Program-made: the position numbers and the translations under genes
In this document: positions 35,470 to 49,763 of the stretch, in pieces
Layout of the letters: the number at the start of each line of letters is the position of its first letter
How positions within the stretch are numbered: position 1 is the first letter of the stretch
NCBI GenBank assembly: GCA_029953675.1
Contig: JAMWBK010000010.1
Location: forward strand, 124,001-188,000
DNA from: Rhodosorus marinus CCMP1338
Lineage: Eukaryota > Plantae > Rhodophyta
Direction of reading: 5' to 3'
DNA length: 64,000 nucleotides
Notes under the pieces: model-generated
Databases searched by the model: none
What the model was told of the DNA's origin: nothing
What the model saw: the letters and a program-made list of their open reading frames with translations, nothing else

Positions 35470-37114
35470 CTAATGTGCAGCCATGCCGACTGCAGCCTTC
35501 ATTGCTTCATCAACAACCTCACTCAAAGTGGGGTGAGTGTGAGTGATGAACGCGAGGTCGTTGACGGTGAGTCCAGCTGCAACCGCAGTAGCGCACTCTT
35601 GGATGAGGTCCGCTGCATGGAGCCCGATAATGTGCACTGCAATAATCTTGCCGTTGTCCTTTCTGTATAAAACTTTGCAGATTCCATCGCCTTCGTTCTC
35701 TGCAAGCGCTTTCGAGTTGGCTCTGAAGTGACCCAGTGATTTTCCAATCTCAAAACCTTCCTTTTCCGCGAGTTCCTTCGCCTGAGGCTCGGTAGGCCCT
35801 ACCATGGCGATCTCAGGGTGAGTAAAGCACGCTGCTGGAACCGCATCGTGGTTGACCACGTGCGGATTCCCGGTTATGTTCTCAACAGCAGAAACTCCCT
35901 GAGTGGACGCTGCGTGTGCAAGCATCATCTTGCCGTTTGCATCTCCTATGCAGTACAAATGGTCGATTACAGCACCATCTTTGTCCAACACTCTCATCCG
36001 CTCGTCTACGGGAACAAATCCTCGTTGAGCTTCCACGTTCACAGCCTCCAAGTTCAGCTCCTTGGTGTTCGGGGCTCTCCCAGTGGCCACCATCGCTGCA
36101 TCCACCTCCAGCGTATCCACTGGCTCTTTGGTGGCCGCATCGATAAGCTCGATGACAACTGGTCGCTTTCCAAGTTCTCCGGGGGTTACCTTGGCCGCAA
36201 AAACGTTTGTCACGTAATCAATCGGCCTCGGGTTGACAAGCAAACGAGTTGCCAGGCGTTGGATTTCTGGGTCGAAGCCGGGCATAATGTTCGGCATGGC
36301 TTCGACAAAGGTTACGTTCGAGCCCAAAGCAGTGTATACATCCGAGAACTCCAAGCCGATATATCCTACAGCAGATCAAACAACAGGACCGCATTTCAGA
36401 GTCAGCGCGATCTTCAAAATTCCAACCCACGCAGAAGTGGATGGCTAACTTACCACTCCCGATGATTGCGACCCAGTCCGGGACAGCTTCAAGCTTCAAG
36501 GCTTCGTCAGATGTGAAGACCGTCTTTCCGTCGATAGTGATACCCGGTGGAACGAAAGGAACGGAGCCCGGCGCGAGGATTACGTCCTTTGCAGAATATG
36601 TCTTTCCATCTGAGCCCTTGATCGACTGCGCTCCGAGCAAAGAGGCTTTCGCCGGGATGACCTCCACGCCAAGAGCCTTGAGGGAGTTGCTCATGTTCCC
36701 CCGCACCCTCGATGCAAGTCCATTGGCGTGCTCAGAGACACCCTCTCGATCGTACTCCACACTATCAACTGTGATGCCGAGTGCCTTAAGATGATGTGCG
36801 TCCTTCATTTCCCTCACTCTTCCGGCTGCCGCAAGCAACGCCTTGGACGGCACACACCCGCGATTCACGCAAGTTCCACCCACATCATCAGCCGAAAAGA
36901 TGCAAGTCTTCAAGCCCTTCGAAACCGCATGGAGCGCTGCTCCATGACCTCCAACACCTGCTCCAATCACGGCAACATCATAATCAAAACCATCAGCTGC
37001 TGCAAATAAAACCACCCTCTGCACTGCCCTCCTACTACCTCCTCGCTGCCTTACATCCAACCTCGCTCCTCGCTTCCCAAACACACCAGCCCCTCCTACA
37101 AAAGCAAAATCCAT
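35470..37114 (-). CDS. LPD: Plastid dihydrolipoamide dehydrogenase (E3), 2 exons
   Basis: [35 protein letters not shown] across intron 36366-36453, and HTHPTLSE. Transit peptide MDFAFVGG. Confidence 0.96.
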
Positions 37115-38260
37115 GATCGGATCACCAAAAATTTCTTCTTTATCCAAACTCTCTAAACCAAAAAATCTCCTTCCAAAAACCCCTCCAACACACTCTCACT
37201 TCCTCCAACGCCCCTCCTCAACATCTCCACCAGCTTCCCCAACTGTCCTCCCCTCCTAACACTCCCAACGATCCCCTCCAATTCCCACAATACATTGCAA
37301 AACATAAATAAAAAATAGGAAAGAGGCAGAGGGAGAGAGAAGGAAGGAGAAAGATCACAAAACCCTCCTCCAACCTCTTTCCCTACGTTGACTTACGCCC
37401 CAACAACTTGTTCGTTTCTTAGTGAATACTAGACCGGTACTAATTTCAATAGAACTATAATAATAAGGGCCTTTCGATGTAAACATCGGCCCGGTGTGTA
37501 CTAACAACAATCTCGTCGACCAAGGATTTCTGAGAAGAAATCCAATGCAGCTATTGGACGATCTCGACGCGATCATTTACTGATTGATTTCAGTCTTTTT
37601 GGCTAGGGGAGAAGAAGGAAGTGTTGGAAAGGAGTCCCCACCCCCCTTTGATACAACGATGGCCATTCACGAATGTGATGAAATTATTTCACTTGTTTGT
37701 TTGGTAGAGGTACGGCAAGAATACGAAAACTCTGCAGGGGGGTAGTTCGTGTAGGGATTGGCGTGTCGCGAATGATTGGTGAAAGGTGCTAATTATAGAG
37801 ACAATACGGAAAATAATTTCTCATTTATTCTTGTGAATAGTTTAATTTGCGTAATTATAAAAAAAATTTCGGAAGTTTCAAGTATTTATCCAATTAAATC
37901 TCGCCACATGCTTAGCACACTACCAATAGTGAATGGTTGTGACCTTTTACTTACCTAATCAGGTAAGTACGCGTGTCATCCTGGACAAGGGTTCTCTGTG
38001 GAGGAGAGACCGTGCACGAGCTGGTTCCCAATGACACTGTGGATAGCTAGATATAGCGAGCGCGGGTGTTCATCTTGGGTGGTAATGCATAGTGTGTACA
38101 TGCTTGTCTGGTCGTACTCCGAAGAGTTGAATTTTTTCAAGCGGTAAAGGTGGTTGGACACCCGGCGGTCTGTGGTAGAATTGAAGCCTTGCTCTTTTGT
38201 GAGCGGGAGGGTGGGTTTTAGCAGGGTTTCGCCCCGTGCCCATGGAATTGATTTTGAATT

Positions 38261-41016
38261 ATGGCTGGATTTGTAGGAGTCCCTGTGCCGAGTTCAAGAC
38301 GGGGTGCTGTCATTAGACTCTGTGACTTGGAGTATGTTTCGAAGGCAGCCAAACTTCGCAAGCGAGGGCTTGCGAGCGATGCTTTGGAGCTACTTGAGAG
38401 CAAAGGTGCGAGGAAGACGTCTAGCACCAGGGTCCTGAATGAATTGGTGCTGGCTGTCGCCGGGACAAGTGGATTCAACGCCGCGCTCTCCACTGCAGAC
38501 AGTAGTCGTGCCTCTAGGAACGCGGTTACGTACAACGTGCTTATTGGAGCTGCACGAAGGCTTCCCCCGCATGAAGCTCTCCATAGAGCACTTGCCCTGT
38601 ACAGCCGTATGATTCAGGACGAAATTGTGCCTTCGCCGCTCTCGCTTTCTCAGCTCTTCCAGCTCTGCTCGAAGACCAGGTCAGGCGATACGGCGTATGA
38701 AATATGGCGCACTGCGATCAAAGCTGGCTCCGAGATTGATCTTATCGCATATTCGGCTCTTGTCAACTGTTTCGCCAAGTCGGCGCAGGCGGACCGGGCA
38801 GAACTTGCCTATAAAGAGATGATGGATAAAGGGCTGCGTCCAAACGAGAGAACATACTCGTCGCTAATGGACGCCTTCTCAAAGGTACCCAACAGCGATA
38901 AGAAAAAAACTACCCTTTGGCTTTCACCCACTTAACCGAGTGCGGTTTTCTCTTCATGCTTTTACCTGCACACAGGCCGGACAGCCCCGTCGAACTCTGG
39001 AAATCTTTCGCAGCCTACAAAAAAACGCTTCCACAAACCTTGACTACGTATCCTACTGCATCGCGTTTCACAGCCACGCTCTTCTCGGTGATGTTGCGGG
39101 AGCTTTAGAAACAAAAGAATCTCTCATATCCTCCGAAATTCCAGTCACTCAGGTCATCTACAAATGCATCCTGGACGCCTGCTGCAAGGTACACTCAACA
39201 GAAGTTGTCATTAGATTGCTGGGCTTCGAAAGTCTAACTGAAGCTACCCTTCTTCCCAATTACACCATTCAGGCTTGTGATATGGACACGGCTGTCGCCA
39301 TCGTGAAGGAGATGGGCACGAGAAGAATAGAATTCGAGGAAGTGGACGCGATTTCATTGATTGGAGCCTGTGGGACGTGCAGGTGTGATGATGGGGCATT
39401 AGAAATCATCCAACTGTTTAAGGGTGACGAGCAGGCGCTTAGGAATCTATACAACAATTTGGTCGCATCCTATGCTTTATCTGGAGGTCCTGCAAGTGCA
39501 CTGAGAGCTTTCAACGCAATGGAAAAAGCCGGTATTAAACCGGATATCGAAGCTTACAACATTTTGGTTCGCCAACTCTGTGGAAAGGGTGAAATAGAAC
39601 AGGCGCAGAGGGTAGTGGACGCTGCGATAGGAAGCGGGATCGTCGCCAATATGGAGTCGTTCAACATGATTATCGATGCTGCTTCCCGTAAGGGTAAAAT
39701 GCAGCTTATTATAGCCGCTGTGAAGAAGATGGACGCCGTTGGGCTTAAGCCCAACGACAGAACCTGGCGTGCTGTCTTCAATGGACTGCTTGGCGCTGGG
39801 AACACTCAAAGGGCGTTGGATCTAGCGACGAGGCAGACCTGTTTGAAGAATAAGACATCGTTTAACCTGCTACTATCCAAGTGCACCTCTGCGGATGACG
39901 CCATCAAAGTGATCAAAGTGATGAAAAGTTTCGACATGCGATTGGATGCGGACGCCCTATCCGCCCTTTTGAACGTTATCAGTCGAGCGGGAAGCGATGG
40001 AGCAGAGCGACTGGGTAAGTTCCTATCGGAACAGTCATCAGACAGCGATGGTACAATTGTCGGGTCTCTTCTCGCAGCGCAACGAAAAGGAAGTCCTGCG
40101 GTATCAAGGATTGCACAAGAGGAAGTCGACTCATCGTCATATAATAGGCTCCTGTCCAAGCTCTGCTCTTCGAAGAAACTGGATGAGGTGCGCCTGGATC
40201 TAAGGAAACTTTTTCCCTCATAATTCAAACGGGCCAATGCTAAAATCGGCTCTGGTTTCCTATATCTCCAACAAAGGCTGTCGCTCTGATGGACGAGATG
40301 CGAAGTGGAGGCTTGGAGGTCGACGAAGTAGCTTACACGTCGATTGTGGCTGCACTCGGGTCGACGGGTCAGCTTGATCGAGCGTTTAGAGTCCTAGCAG
40401 CCATGGAAGAGAGGAACTGTGGGAGGGGTGATTTAGGAGCGTACGCAGCGATCATCTCTGCATGCGGAAGGTTGGGGCAGTTTGATCGCGCTTCGGAGGT
40501 GTTTAATCGAGTGCAAAAATTGGGGGTATGGTTGTCAGCGAATCCCGCGAGAGCGTTGGATCGGAATCCGCCTTTTCCTCACCCGTTTCCGTTGTCGTTT
40601 CTATTCGAACAGCTTAAGCCAACGGTCGTAATGTACAATGCTCTGCTCTACAGCACTGGTATGGGACGCCAGCCGAGTCGGGCGTTTTCTCTGTATCGCG
40701 ACATACAGGACGCTGGTCTGGAACCAGATGCTGTGACGCTTTCCGCCATGGCCAGTGTGTGCTTGAGGAACAGGATCTTTGATAAAGAAGCAAAGCTCCT
40801 TTTGAAAAGGATGGATCGGCTTGTCGACAATGAATCTAATCGCAAGGTACGCAACAGTTGCGAGGTTGAGCCTACCAGTTGCACAACCGATCGTCCTTCT
40901 CGATCGACCACTTACTTATTATGCGTCTTTCAATTGTGTGTATACTTCAGGTCCGCTTGAAAGCGAAGCGAATGCGCACCATGATAGAGCAGCAAGAATC
41001 CGGCCAAGGAAGATGA
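38261..41016 (+). CDS. Plastid-targeted pentatricopeptide-repeat (P-class PPR) protein, multi-exon
   Basis: MAGFVG transit peptide. Many PPR motifs (AVTYNVLI, IAYSALVNCFAK, PNERTYSSLMDA, PDIEAYNILV, VAYTSIV, PTVVMYNALL). Confidence 0.9.
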
Positions 41017-41422
41017 CATGCGCGTCCTAGCCTTCACTTAACACTTTTTTTAAAACTAACTATAGGAGATAGCTTAGGGCTTGATTTTGGGGATGCCGAG
41101 GAGGAAAGAGAGATCGTTCACGTCAGGGGGGTTTGGGAGTGGAAGACCTATCCGAGGTTCGTAACCCCAAGGACCATTTTAGCTGACCGGGTCGTTCTCA
41201 TGTATGGCAAAAGGCAAAGAACGATTAAAGAATGGTAGAGAGCGCTTGCATGCAGAACTGGTCAAATCTTTACACAGTCAATTAACGCCCACTCAATGGG
41301 CTGAAGGGGAATTCGAATTCTAAACGTTAATGCTTGGTGGCGGCTGGGTGAGCGCGGAGATGCTTGAATCTTCTTTGAGTTCGTGTAGTTGTCTGTCCTT
41401 GTGCGAGGAACCTTCGCATCGT

Positions 41423-42546
41423 CTACGCCATATAGTAGTTGGCTGTGTACATAGGTGGAGCCATTCCGCTCGGATAAGCTGAGTGAAGTCACAAAACGCT
41501 GTTTTTCAGTTGTTATGGGTCCGTCTCAATGATAGAAGGTGGTGGTCCTCACCATACTGCGCTTGAACTGTGGGATAGTAGCTTGTGCCTATTGGTGCAA
41601 CCACTGGAGCTGCAACGGGTTGGTAGTAGTAGCTCGGGTATCCTGTAGCACTTGCTTGCGGCGAATACGCCGCCGAAGTGCACCCATCAATAACATATGC
41701 CCCGTTTCCTTGTGGGGCATAGCATACAGATCGAGGAGGTGGTAAGGACTGATTAACTGACGAGACGGCATGATTCCCTCCCTCCCTGCTGAACACAAGG
41801 CTGCTCGCGTCGGAGTGCGACGCTTCCTCGAGAACGACGGTGGATGACATGCAGTCCTTGGCAGCTGCGCTGGGGGTTGAGATTGTTTCGCTCTCGGTGA
41901 CGGTAATCTTGCTTACGGCAGTTTTCTCTGATACGCTCTCAGACTCTGCATCATGCGAAACATTCTGCTGCAGTAGCGGAATGAGAACGGTCAGATGCGT
42001 CTCTACACAGTGAGGAATAATTACACTAACCTGCGTCTCGTGCTTCTCCGGCTCTTCCGGGTCAGATCTTTTCCCTTCTTTGCTGCTCTCAAGTCTTGAG
42101 GAGCTGAAGTTGCTGTCCGGTATCCAGTTCAATGAGTACTGATATTCACGATTTTTGCTATATCTCGGGTTTCGACACTGTTCCAGGCAGAACGTTACGG
42201 TTCCAGGCATTCGCATCTCATCGCGTAACAGCCGCTGCAGAGTCACGTCATCATGTAGCTTCCTTATCTTCCCATATATATCCCTCTTCGAAAGGTACGA
42301 AAACTTGGCCCAGTTCTCGAGGAAGGCGTCATACTTGGGATCAACAAGTGGTGTTCTCTGCAACGCATCTCGAAACTCGCACATCGTCGACTTAACCGGC
42401 AGGACAACCGCCGACAATGTGAGCGACAGTGCAGAACCCGAGCGCGTCATCAAGAGAATGCGTAGGTTGTAGTATACATTGTTCTCCTTTTCCAATGTTT
42501 CTTCTTCCATCTTGTCCTGAACCACGCAAGTTTGTTCCTCCCCCAT
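41423..42546 (-). CDS. Hypothetical protein with a Tyr/Pro-rich low-complexity C-terminus, spliced
   Basis: 346-codon ORF. GTGAG donor near 41530 and acceptor near 41478 give the terminal exon AYPSGMAPPMYTANYYMA*. Confidence 0.65.
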
Positions 42547-43878
42547 GTCGACTAAACTCTTCTCTCTTTACGTTGATATCTACACCTCCTCGTCGCCGCC
42601 CTTCCCAGTCGGAAACCCACCCCGACGTCTTGAAACAAAGGCCTCATTTTTGTGCTCATTTTGAGTAAATATGAAAGGCCAACATAAAGGCCGATGTTAC
42701 CATGTCGTCTGTCAAAAAGGATCCGTTCCCACTCCACCCCCACCCCCAACGGTTTGTCACAAACCCGAACTAAAAATATTCCTTCTCATACGCTCAGCAA
42801 ATGATTGTTACAAAATTATACACAAAAATTTCCTACCCTTGTCATAGCGAAAGGGAATCGTTTCCTTCGCGCACCTCTTCGCGAGATACCATTGATGTGA
42901 AACGCCGAGCCCTCCTCAGCCAGAATGTCATCCATCAGTTCCCATGTCAAACATCCACGGCTGACACTGAAACCCTCTCTCCCCCTCCCCCGCCAAAAAA
43001 AACAAAAAAACCTCTCAACTAAAATGTACTAAAACTAAAATAAAAAATACGATCTTGTCTAGAAACGAAGCTTTTCAGGTTTTTCCAAATAAAATGAAAA
43101 TCAGTGTTTTTACAAATATCAATCAATATTGAAACTGTTATTTCTTGGCTAAGTTTCAAAGGCCACCCATGAGATGGAAGCATATTACTAGAAAAACGAC
43201 AAAGGGGATAACCGAAGATTCTGAGAATCGGTAAGCGAGTAAAATATATTGCAATAGTAGTTGGATGAATTACTAGAAATCCAGGCTGGGGTAGTGAGTA
43301 GTTGAGAATTTTTGGGACGATTAAGTGACACGGTGGGGACTCTTCGTCGTGTCCTTTGAGGTGTCCCGAATCTGACCAGCACAGGTTTGGCGTCTTTTGA
43401 AGGAACGCTCATGGATGAACAGACCTGAGTATAGAGAAGCTTAGTGATGTACTCCAAGCGCGGGAAAGAGAGCAGAAAATGATGAGGGCTTCCTCTTTGC
43501 GTGGATCCAGGAGAACACAACTGGCTGTATTCATCCAGCCACGAATCAATCAGGACACCCTTTCCGAAATCTCTCCCCAAGATCAAAGCGCCTCAAGGAT
43601 ATTGTTTCTCGCTCTTAATGAAATAGCCGTACTACGTTACGAGTATCCATAGATTCCCGCCTTAACAGCTATTCTCACCCGCCGCAGATTCCAGTATTGA
43701 CCACTATAAAGCTGGGGTTAGTTGGCATACTGCATGACCAGTAGAATTGAACGGTTGTGAGAAGGCGTTGCGTTGCTAGCGGATTGCAAGGAGACGATGA
43801 GAAGGGTTTTCAATTGTTTGAGTATCCATGGAATGAGTTTGTAACTGTCCGTTAAGCTCGGAGGAAGGCATCTTCAGG

Positions 43879-44944
43879 ATGTTGCGGTTCTGTTGTGGGA
43901 TCAGTAGGGCATCAACTTTCACCGTGTGCTTCTACCTGCTGCTGGTCTTAAGTCTCGCAACCACTGGGAGCTTGCTCATTACTCCTCTACTTTTGGGGCC
44001 GGAAGTTGAGGACTTGAAATTGCAGCCTTTGGATATTCCGGGAAGGCTTACATCTGCTGCGCGGACGTATATCAGCGTCCTTCATTCGCACCCTCTGCGA
44101 ACTAAAGTATTGACCGCGACAGTTCTGTATTCGTTGAGTGACTGCATTGCGCAAGCAATTGAAGGAGCAGAAATGCTCAGCTACAAAAGAACTATCCGGT
44201 TCAGTTTATTCGGTAAGTGGTGCGAAACCTGACATGAGTGACGGCTTCTGCTTCGTGTTTCCTCGGTGACTCTTCTCTGAGCTTGACTCCGTTCAAATAT
44301 AGGTGGACCCTTCTGGACTCCTTTCCTACACTTCTGGTACAACTTCATAGAGGAAGTAATCCCTCAGAAAGGATTTAAATCCATAGCGGTCGCAGTTTTT
44401 GTTGACCAGGGATTCTCCACGCCCTTGTACGTCGTCGTGTATTTTACCGCCGACAGTCTGATGAAATTCCAGGGACTTCGGTCTACTACGGCTAGAGTGA
44501 GTGCTGCATGGAGCACGTTATCTCCGCAAAGAGTTGACGGCCATGGGTGTACCTAAACTATTTGCTCATTCGTTCTTGACGACCAATCAGATACGAAGTG
44601 GATTCAGAAAGGTTGTTCTTACGACATGGGCATTTTGGGTTCCAGCGCAGCTAATCAACTTCGGACTGGTGCCACTCCATCTGAGAATACTGGCAGTGAA
44701 CCTGATGGCAATTATCTGGAATGTGATATTCTCAATGATAACTAACTCGGTCCAGCCAACGAAAGCGGATTCTCTGCCGACTACAGCTACAAGCTCGTCG
44801 GCAGCAAAGTCCAAAACCCACAAACCACTGCCAAAGGCCGTTCCGATAAAGCAAGCGAACGACGATGAGCGTCGGGATATCGAAGAAGGCAGCAACGTCC
44901 AGATGGAGGCCACTCGAGCGGTGAAACAACATCACGGGGAATAA
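43879..44944 (+). CDS. Mpv17/PMP22 family membrane protein, 3 exons
   Basis: HPLRTKVLT...SDCIAQ, RTIRF.LFG/GPFWTPFLHFWY, VDQGFSTP and WVPAQLINFGLVPLHLRILAVN. Introns 44213-44302 and 44497-44590. Confidence 0.92.
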
Positions 44945-46541
44945 CTCATTATCGTAGTTCGCTTTTGAACAGATTCGGCGAGCGGCTGCCTTATTTAAAA
45001 CTAACTGAGATGTTGAAAACCATAGTTGTCGTATCCGCGGGTTGTATTTTTCTCCTCAGCCAGCCCGTGAGGAACGTGTTCATTGGCGCGCTCCGGACTG
45101 CGAACGGTCCGCTGGAGTATTTCGATAACGGATTCATCGAAGGATCCTTGTAATGCATGCTTCCTAGCTATAAAGGAAAAACCAAGCCTAGGGACCATGA
45201 GCGCAAGTCCTGGTAGTGAGTATGGCTTAGACTTTCCCAGGCGTATAAACAACGAGGCAGATCTGGCCATAACCGAGAGGGTCAGCGTCGGCTGAAGAGG
45301 CGAAGGGAATTCGTATACGGCAGAACTATTTCTGAACTGAGGCTTATGTCACCGTGCCATTCGTTCTTCGATTCATGGAGACGCAGTTGCCTCTGGAATG
45401 GTATTGCATTGGGTCTTCGATAATTAGCAACAGAGCCACGTAGCTCCCAACATTTTCGCACAAACAAGCTGCGGCAACGGACTCCCAGTGCAACGCGATA
45501 TAGCTTCGAGAGTAAAACGCATTCTGTTCTCTGCGAATAAGCCGGTAGAAGACATACAGCGAGCCTTTGTCCGTTGTTGCGTCTAGTCATCCGCAAAGAC
45601 TGAAAAGTTTATGATGACCAAAACATCTTCTCCGAACGTCTAGAGCTCACTCGTCTCGATCTGGTTACTTTGCAGCATTTCTTTATCTGTCCATCCGTCT
45701 CGTGCCGGGATTCACTTTCTTAAGACGGCAAGAAATTGCAAGTGCCATAGGTCTGCATTCAGATCTTGTGGGAGCGATTCTCTCGGAGACTAGTACAGGC
45801 CTCTGAAGCAGGCGACGCGCCCCATGACTACTAGCAATGAAAGCAAGGCTGGGAATGCGATGCTCTGAGTAAAAGATCATCACGGGTTCAACGTAGGACT
45901 TCTACTTCAAAGTAGAATGTTCAATCTCAGCAGCGCTCTTTTATCTCCAATTGCCTGCTTAGTTGGAATGCCCAAAACCATTCATTCCTGGTCCCGCGAA
46001 ATTTAGGACAGACTGTCAATTCAATTTTTTTTCTGACAAAATACGACTGAGCGATTGCCTATAGGGGGGTTTAGACTGTTCAATGTGAAAACGTAAATTA
46101 AATAATATCGAAATTTTAGGCACTTTTTGGAACTCGTTGGTTGGTTTTTACCTTAGGGTACATATGGCGATGAAAACGTTTTTCTTGGCGATGAACATCA
46201 GCGATTGAAAATTGGCCTGGAAGAAAGTACTGAAAAACTTTTGCGTTGATAGGGCTTTCGTTTTTGTGTCCGTTTCTCTTTGTTTTCGCAGCCCTGTCAC
46301 GATTTGGTTTCGATAGGGTGTCTGGGGGTCCGTTAGGGCTGGTGATAGTGTCCTCGGGAAGGTTGGGTTCTGGATGGTGGGTAGGACAGAAGGATTAGTT
46401 TTTATATATGCCAGCCAGGTGAAGGATTGCAATTCTAAAAACTTGACTGAAGTGCTTCCTGGAAGCCTGGAGGGTTTGCTAGGACCTGGCACGCGCATCT
46501 GGCATTGTGTGCGATTTGATCTGTATGGCGAGCTCCTCAGC

Positions 46542-49541
46542 ATGGCTAGCGGCGCTAGTGGTTTGCTGCTTCTTGTGTGGTATGAGAGATCAGATGTTCG
46601 CTTACTGCTACGGATAAATAACTCAATAGACGACTTCGAGATGAAACTGACTTGTGTCTTGTACCTTGCAGATTTTGGGTTTGCACAGCTTGCTGGTTTG
46701 GCTGACTATGCAGAGACATGCTTCGAGACGTCTGCACTTTGCTTTATTTCCGCTGAAACTGGTGTCACCTTCGGTTGTGGAATATGCAGTAAGATCTATA
46801 CCCTTCCACAACTGGTATTGCTCTCGTATACTAGCGTGACTTTTTGACATTCCTTTGTTACCTACAACAACTAGGCCAGGATCAGGTCAGGTTTGCACCG
46901 TTTCGGTTGGTGACTCAGCTCACAGAGCTTGAAGAGTTCCTGACTAGCTCCGCCGATGAGCAAGAGATACTTGTAATTTCTACGGAGCTCTATGTCTCCG
47001 AACAGGCCCTAAACCTGATTCAGCGCAATCCGCAAAATGTCCTCGCGGTCTATGTGGAGCAGGAAAGTAACCCATCGGACGTTTCGTTCCCGAATGATCA
47101 GGGATTCTCCCCAGCGCTTACAAGTCCAAACAGTGCGTTCTCCTCTGACCCGATGATTGAGACCGCCTGGAATCCAACCGGCAACGGGCTTCGAGAATCA
47201 CTGTTCTCTGTACCGATGTACGCGCTTCCGTCGGCGGTAGTCCAGGACCTTCTTCGGAACTCTACAAGACTGCAAGTCTTTGGAGAAGAATTCCCGAGAG
47301 CGGAAATGAAGCCCGGAGGAGTCATGTGGGCTTGTGGACAGGACGCGGGCACTTGCTTGGAGCAGAGTACTTGCCAGCCTGTTGGGGGTCATTCTGTATG
47401 GATTGCAGGGGACACGGTGAATTCAGAGGACGTACAGACTAAAGAGTTCGTGGCCGTTAGCTCGATGTTGGACAGTACGTCCTTTTTTCCGGAGCTGGGT
47501 TCTGGCGCTTGGGAGGTTACCGGAGCCGCTGCTCTGATTGCCGCAGCAGATGCTTTTGCGACGTACAAAAGAGAAGTCGCGTCTACAAGGACGATTACCC
47601 GCATACCTATCTTCTTTGGCTTCTTTGGCGAGTCTTTTGGCTACGCCGGAAGCGATCGATTTCTCGTGGACGTTCAGGAATTCACGTGCACGCAGCAAGC
47701 GGACTTCAGCCAGGGCCAGGGTTTCGGATGTGTTAGTCCATACGCTCCTTCAACCCGGTTCCTGAATTTCCGAGATGTCAATTGGAATTCGCACATCCAT
47801 ATGGGTCCAGTACGAAAAACAGCATCCTTCAAGTTATAGTCGTACGGCGGAGTCATTGCATGATCCGTTCTATGTGAACCGGTATGCTTAACAGAAACCG
47901 TGTGATCGTTCTTCTCAACGCAGGTTGGGCCTGGAGCCGATGCAAACCTGTACGGCCATACTGATGGCAAACAGGAAGACATCAATACGGCTCTTAAACA
48001 GGTTCTCGAGTCGAACTATGGAGAGGAGCTTGTGTTTGACGAGGAATTTGACGCGGAGGCTGGACTTCCCCCTTCATCCTCAAACTCGTTTGTTAGCAGG
48101 CTTCCTGAGGTACCGTCGGTGACCTTGACAAATTATCAAGAGAGCTTTGACTTCGACTTTTACCAATCAATGGTAAGTTTGAGACCCAAAAGGGGGCCAG
48201 CACCTTCTGAACCGGGCAGGAGCCGTCAGCTTTTCTTTTCTTGGAAGTGGTGGCCTAGTCGTTAGTCGTAAAGCCTAACGTGTTTTCTTAATTCTTTGCC
48301 AGTTTGATAACACGGTGAACTCGGTCGACAACATTTGCTCAGCCGCGGAAGGCCTGGCAAAGTCCGTGATCCAACTGGCTTATGACGAAGAACCTGATGC
48401 ATCGAGCGTCAACGTCAATTGCACATTGGTGGAAGAGGTGTTTGGGTAAGCGTGGAATGTCCTTATGTTCAGTTTGAAAAACTGTCGTTCGCAGTTTCAA
48501 TGGAGCTAGAAACGTAGAAACTCATAAAACGTTTGTCTTGCGGGCATGCCTTCAGGTGTTTTACTTCCGCGGAGCTCTCCGATTGCAAGATTGCTGCCGA
48601 GTACTTGCCAAAAGCTTGGCTCCAGAGTATCCTGGATTTCAATGAGGAAACTCAAGTTTCCCAATCATATCCTTCCGTATTCACTCCCCTTCCTGTCACA
48701 CAGGAGTAGGCTAACCAAATCGCTTCCTCGTCGACAAGGAAGCGCCAAGTCTCACCGAGAAAATTGTTCTGCCTTGATCTAGGCAAGCAGCTACGCGGCT
48801 CTTCAGACAGAGCCTGATGCGGTATTTTCTCGGCTACGTTAACGCTGAAGAACGCACGGAGAATACGTGCAGCAGTGACAGTGACTGCAATCAAATCATG
48901 CAGGACCTCAATGCTAATGTTGCGGACAATTCTCAGGTACGTTCGTACGCCAGCCGCCCACCTGGAAACGCATCCTTCGTCTGGGATGTGAGCAGAGCAC
49001 AGAATCTAAAATGTAGTCTTTTTTGCTGGACTCTCATCTTAAAGTGGAGAGAGGTGATATGCGCCAGGGGGGTCTGTGTCGTGACTGAGTCGTATTTCCA
49101 CCAGGCATTTGGGACAGGTATTCAGCCGAGGGACAGCGGTTTGAATACATTTCGTACTACTAACGTAAGTCAAAACATCACCAATCCACCCATACAACTG
49201 TTAGTCTACTACGGTCAGTCGCGTTCCTGTTAAGCCCTTTTGGTCGCTAGCTAATTCCCGGCGATTCGTGTTTTCCATCTCCACCGAATATTCCTACTGT
49301 CTTGACCGTGTTTTACTAGAATGGAGGAGCAGCCTTTACCGAATCCGTCTGGGGTAGCAACGTGGATAGTGTTATCGGATACTGCTTGCAAGCAGTAGAC
49401 TCTTATGATTATGGAGTGTCGATTGTTATTGCGGGAGTTTTTGTCTGGGTCGGATCCGCCTTGGTTCTGTTTGCCGCTGCGTTTTTCTTGCGAGGCAAAA
49501 TCGCAGACGATAATGAGCAAATTGGCTACAGTCCAGCCTAG
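46542..49541 (+). CDS. NCSTN: Nicastrin (gamma-secretase subunit), multi-exon; 5' end approximate
   Basis: SMLDSTSFFPELGSGA, FFGFFGESFGYAGSDRF, GLPPSSSNSF, FTESVWG, and a C-terminal TM helix ending GYSPA*. Confidence 0.85.
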
Positions 49542-49650
49542 GGAGCTCCCGTGTAAATAGAAATAGCTCCCGTTTAATCACACGTCCTGCCCTCGGCCCA
49601 GTTGGAATCACCGGAGACCTTGGTGGAACTCGATACACCTTCGTTGATGC

Positions 49651-49763
49651 TTGATGCGGGAGTTTTAACCGCGAAATTTGAACATTCCCGCCAGCAGAAC
49701 GAATATGTATTCGTTGATGTGGAAGTTTTAACGGCGAAATTTGAACATTCCTGCCAGCAGAAC
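49651..49763. repeat. 50-bp direct duplication with a 63-bp period
   Basis: TTGATG(C/T)GG(G/A)AGTTTTAAC(C/G)GCGAAATTTGAACATTCC(C/T)GCCAGCAGAAC at 49651 and 49714. Confidence 0.92.

Noticed and set aside
43188-43586. 132-aa minus-strand ORF
   Set aside because: No motif and no supporting splice or compositional evidence.
44990-45883. Possible spliced minus-strand gene between Mpv17 and nicastrin
   Set aside because: Candidate exons exist, but no consistent reading frame or family could be established by eye.
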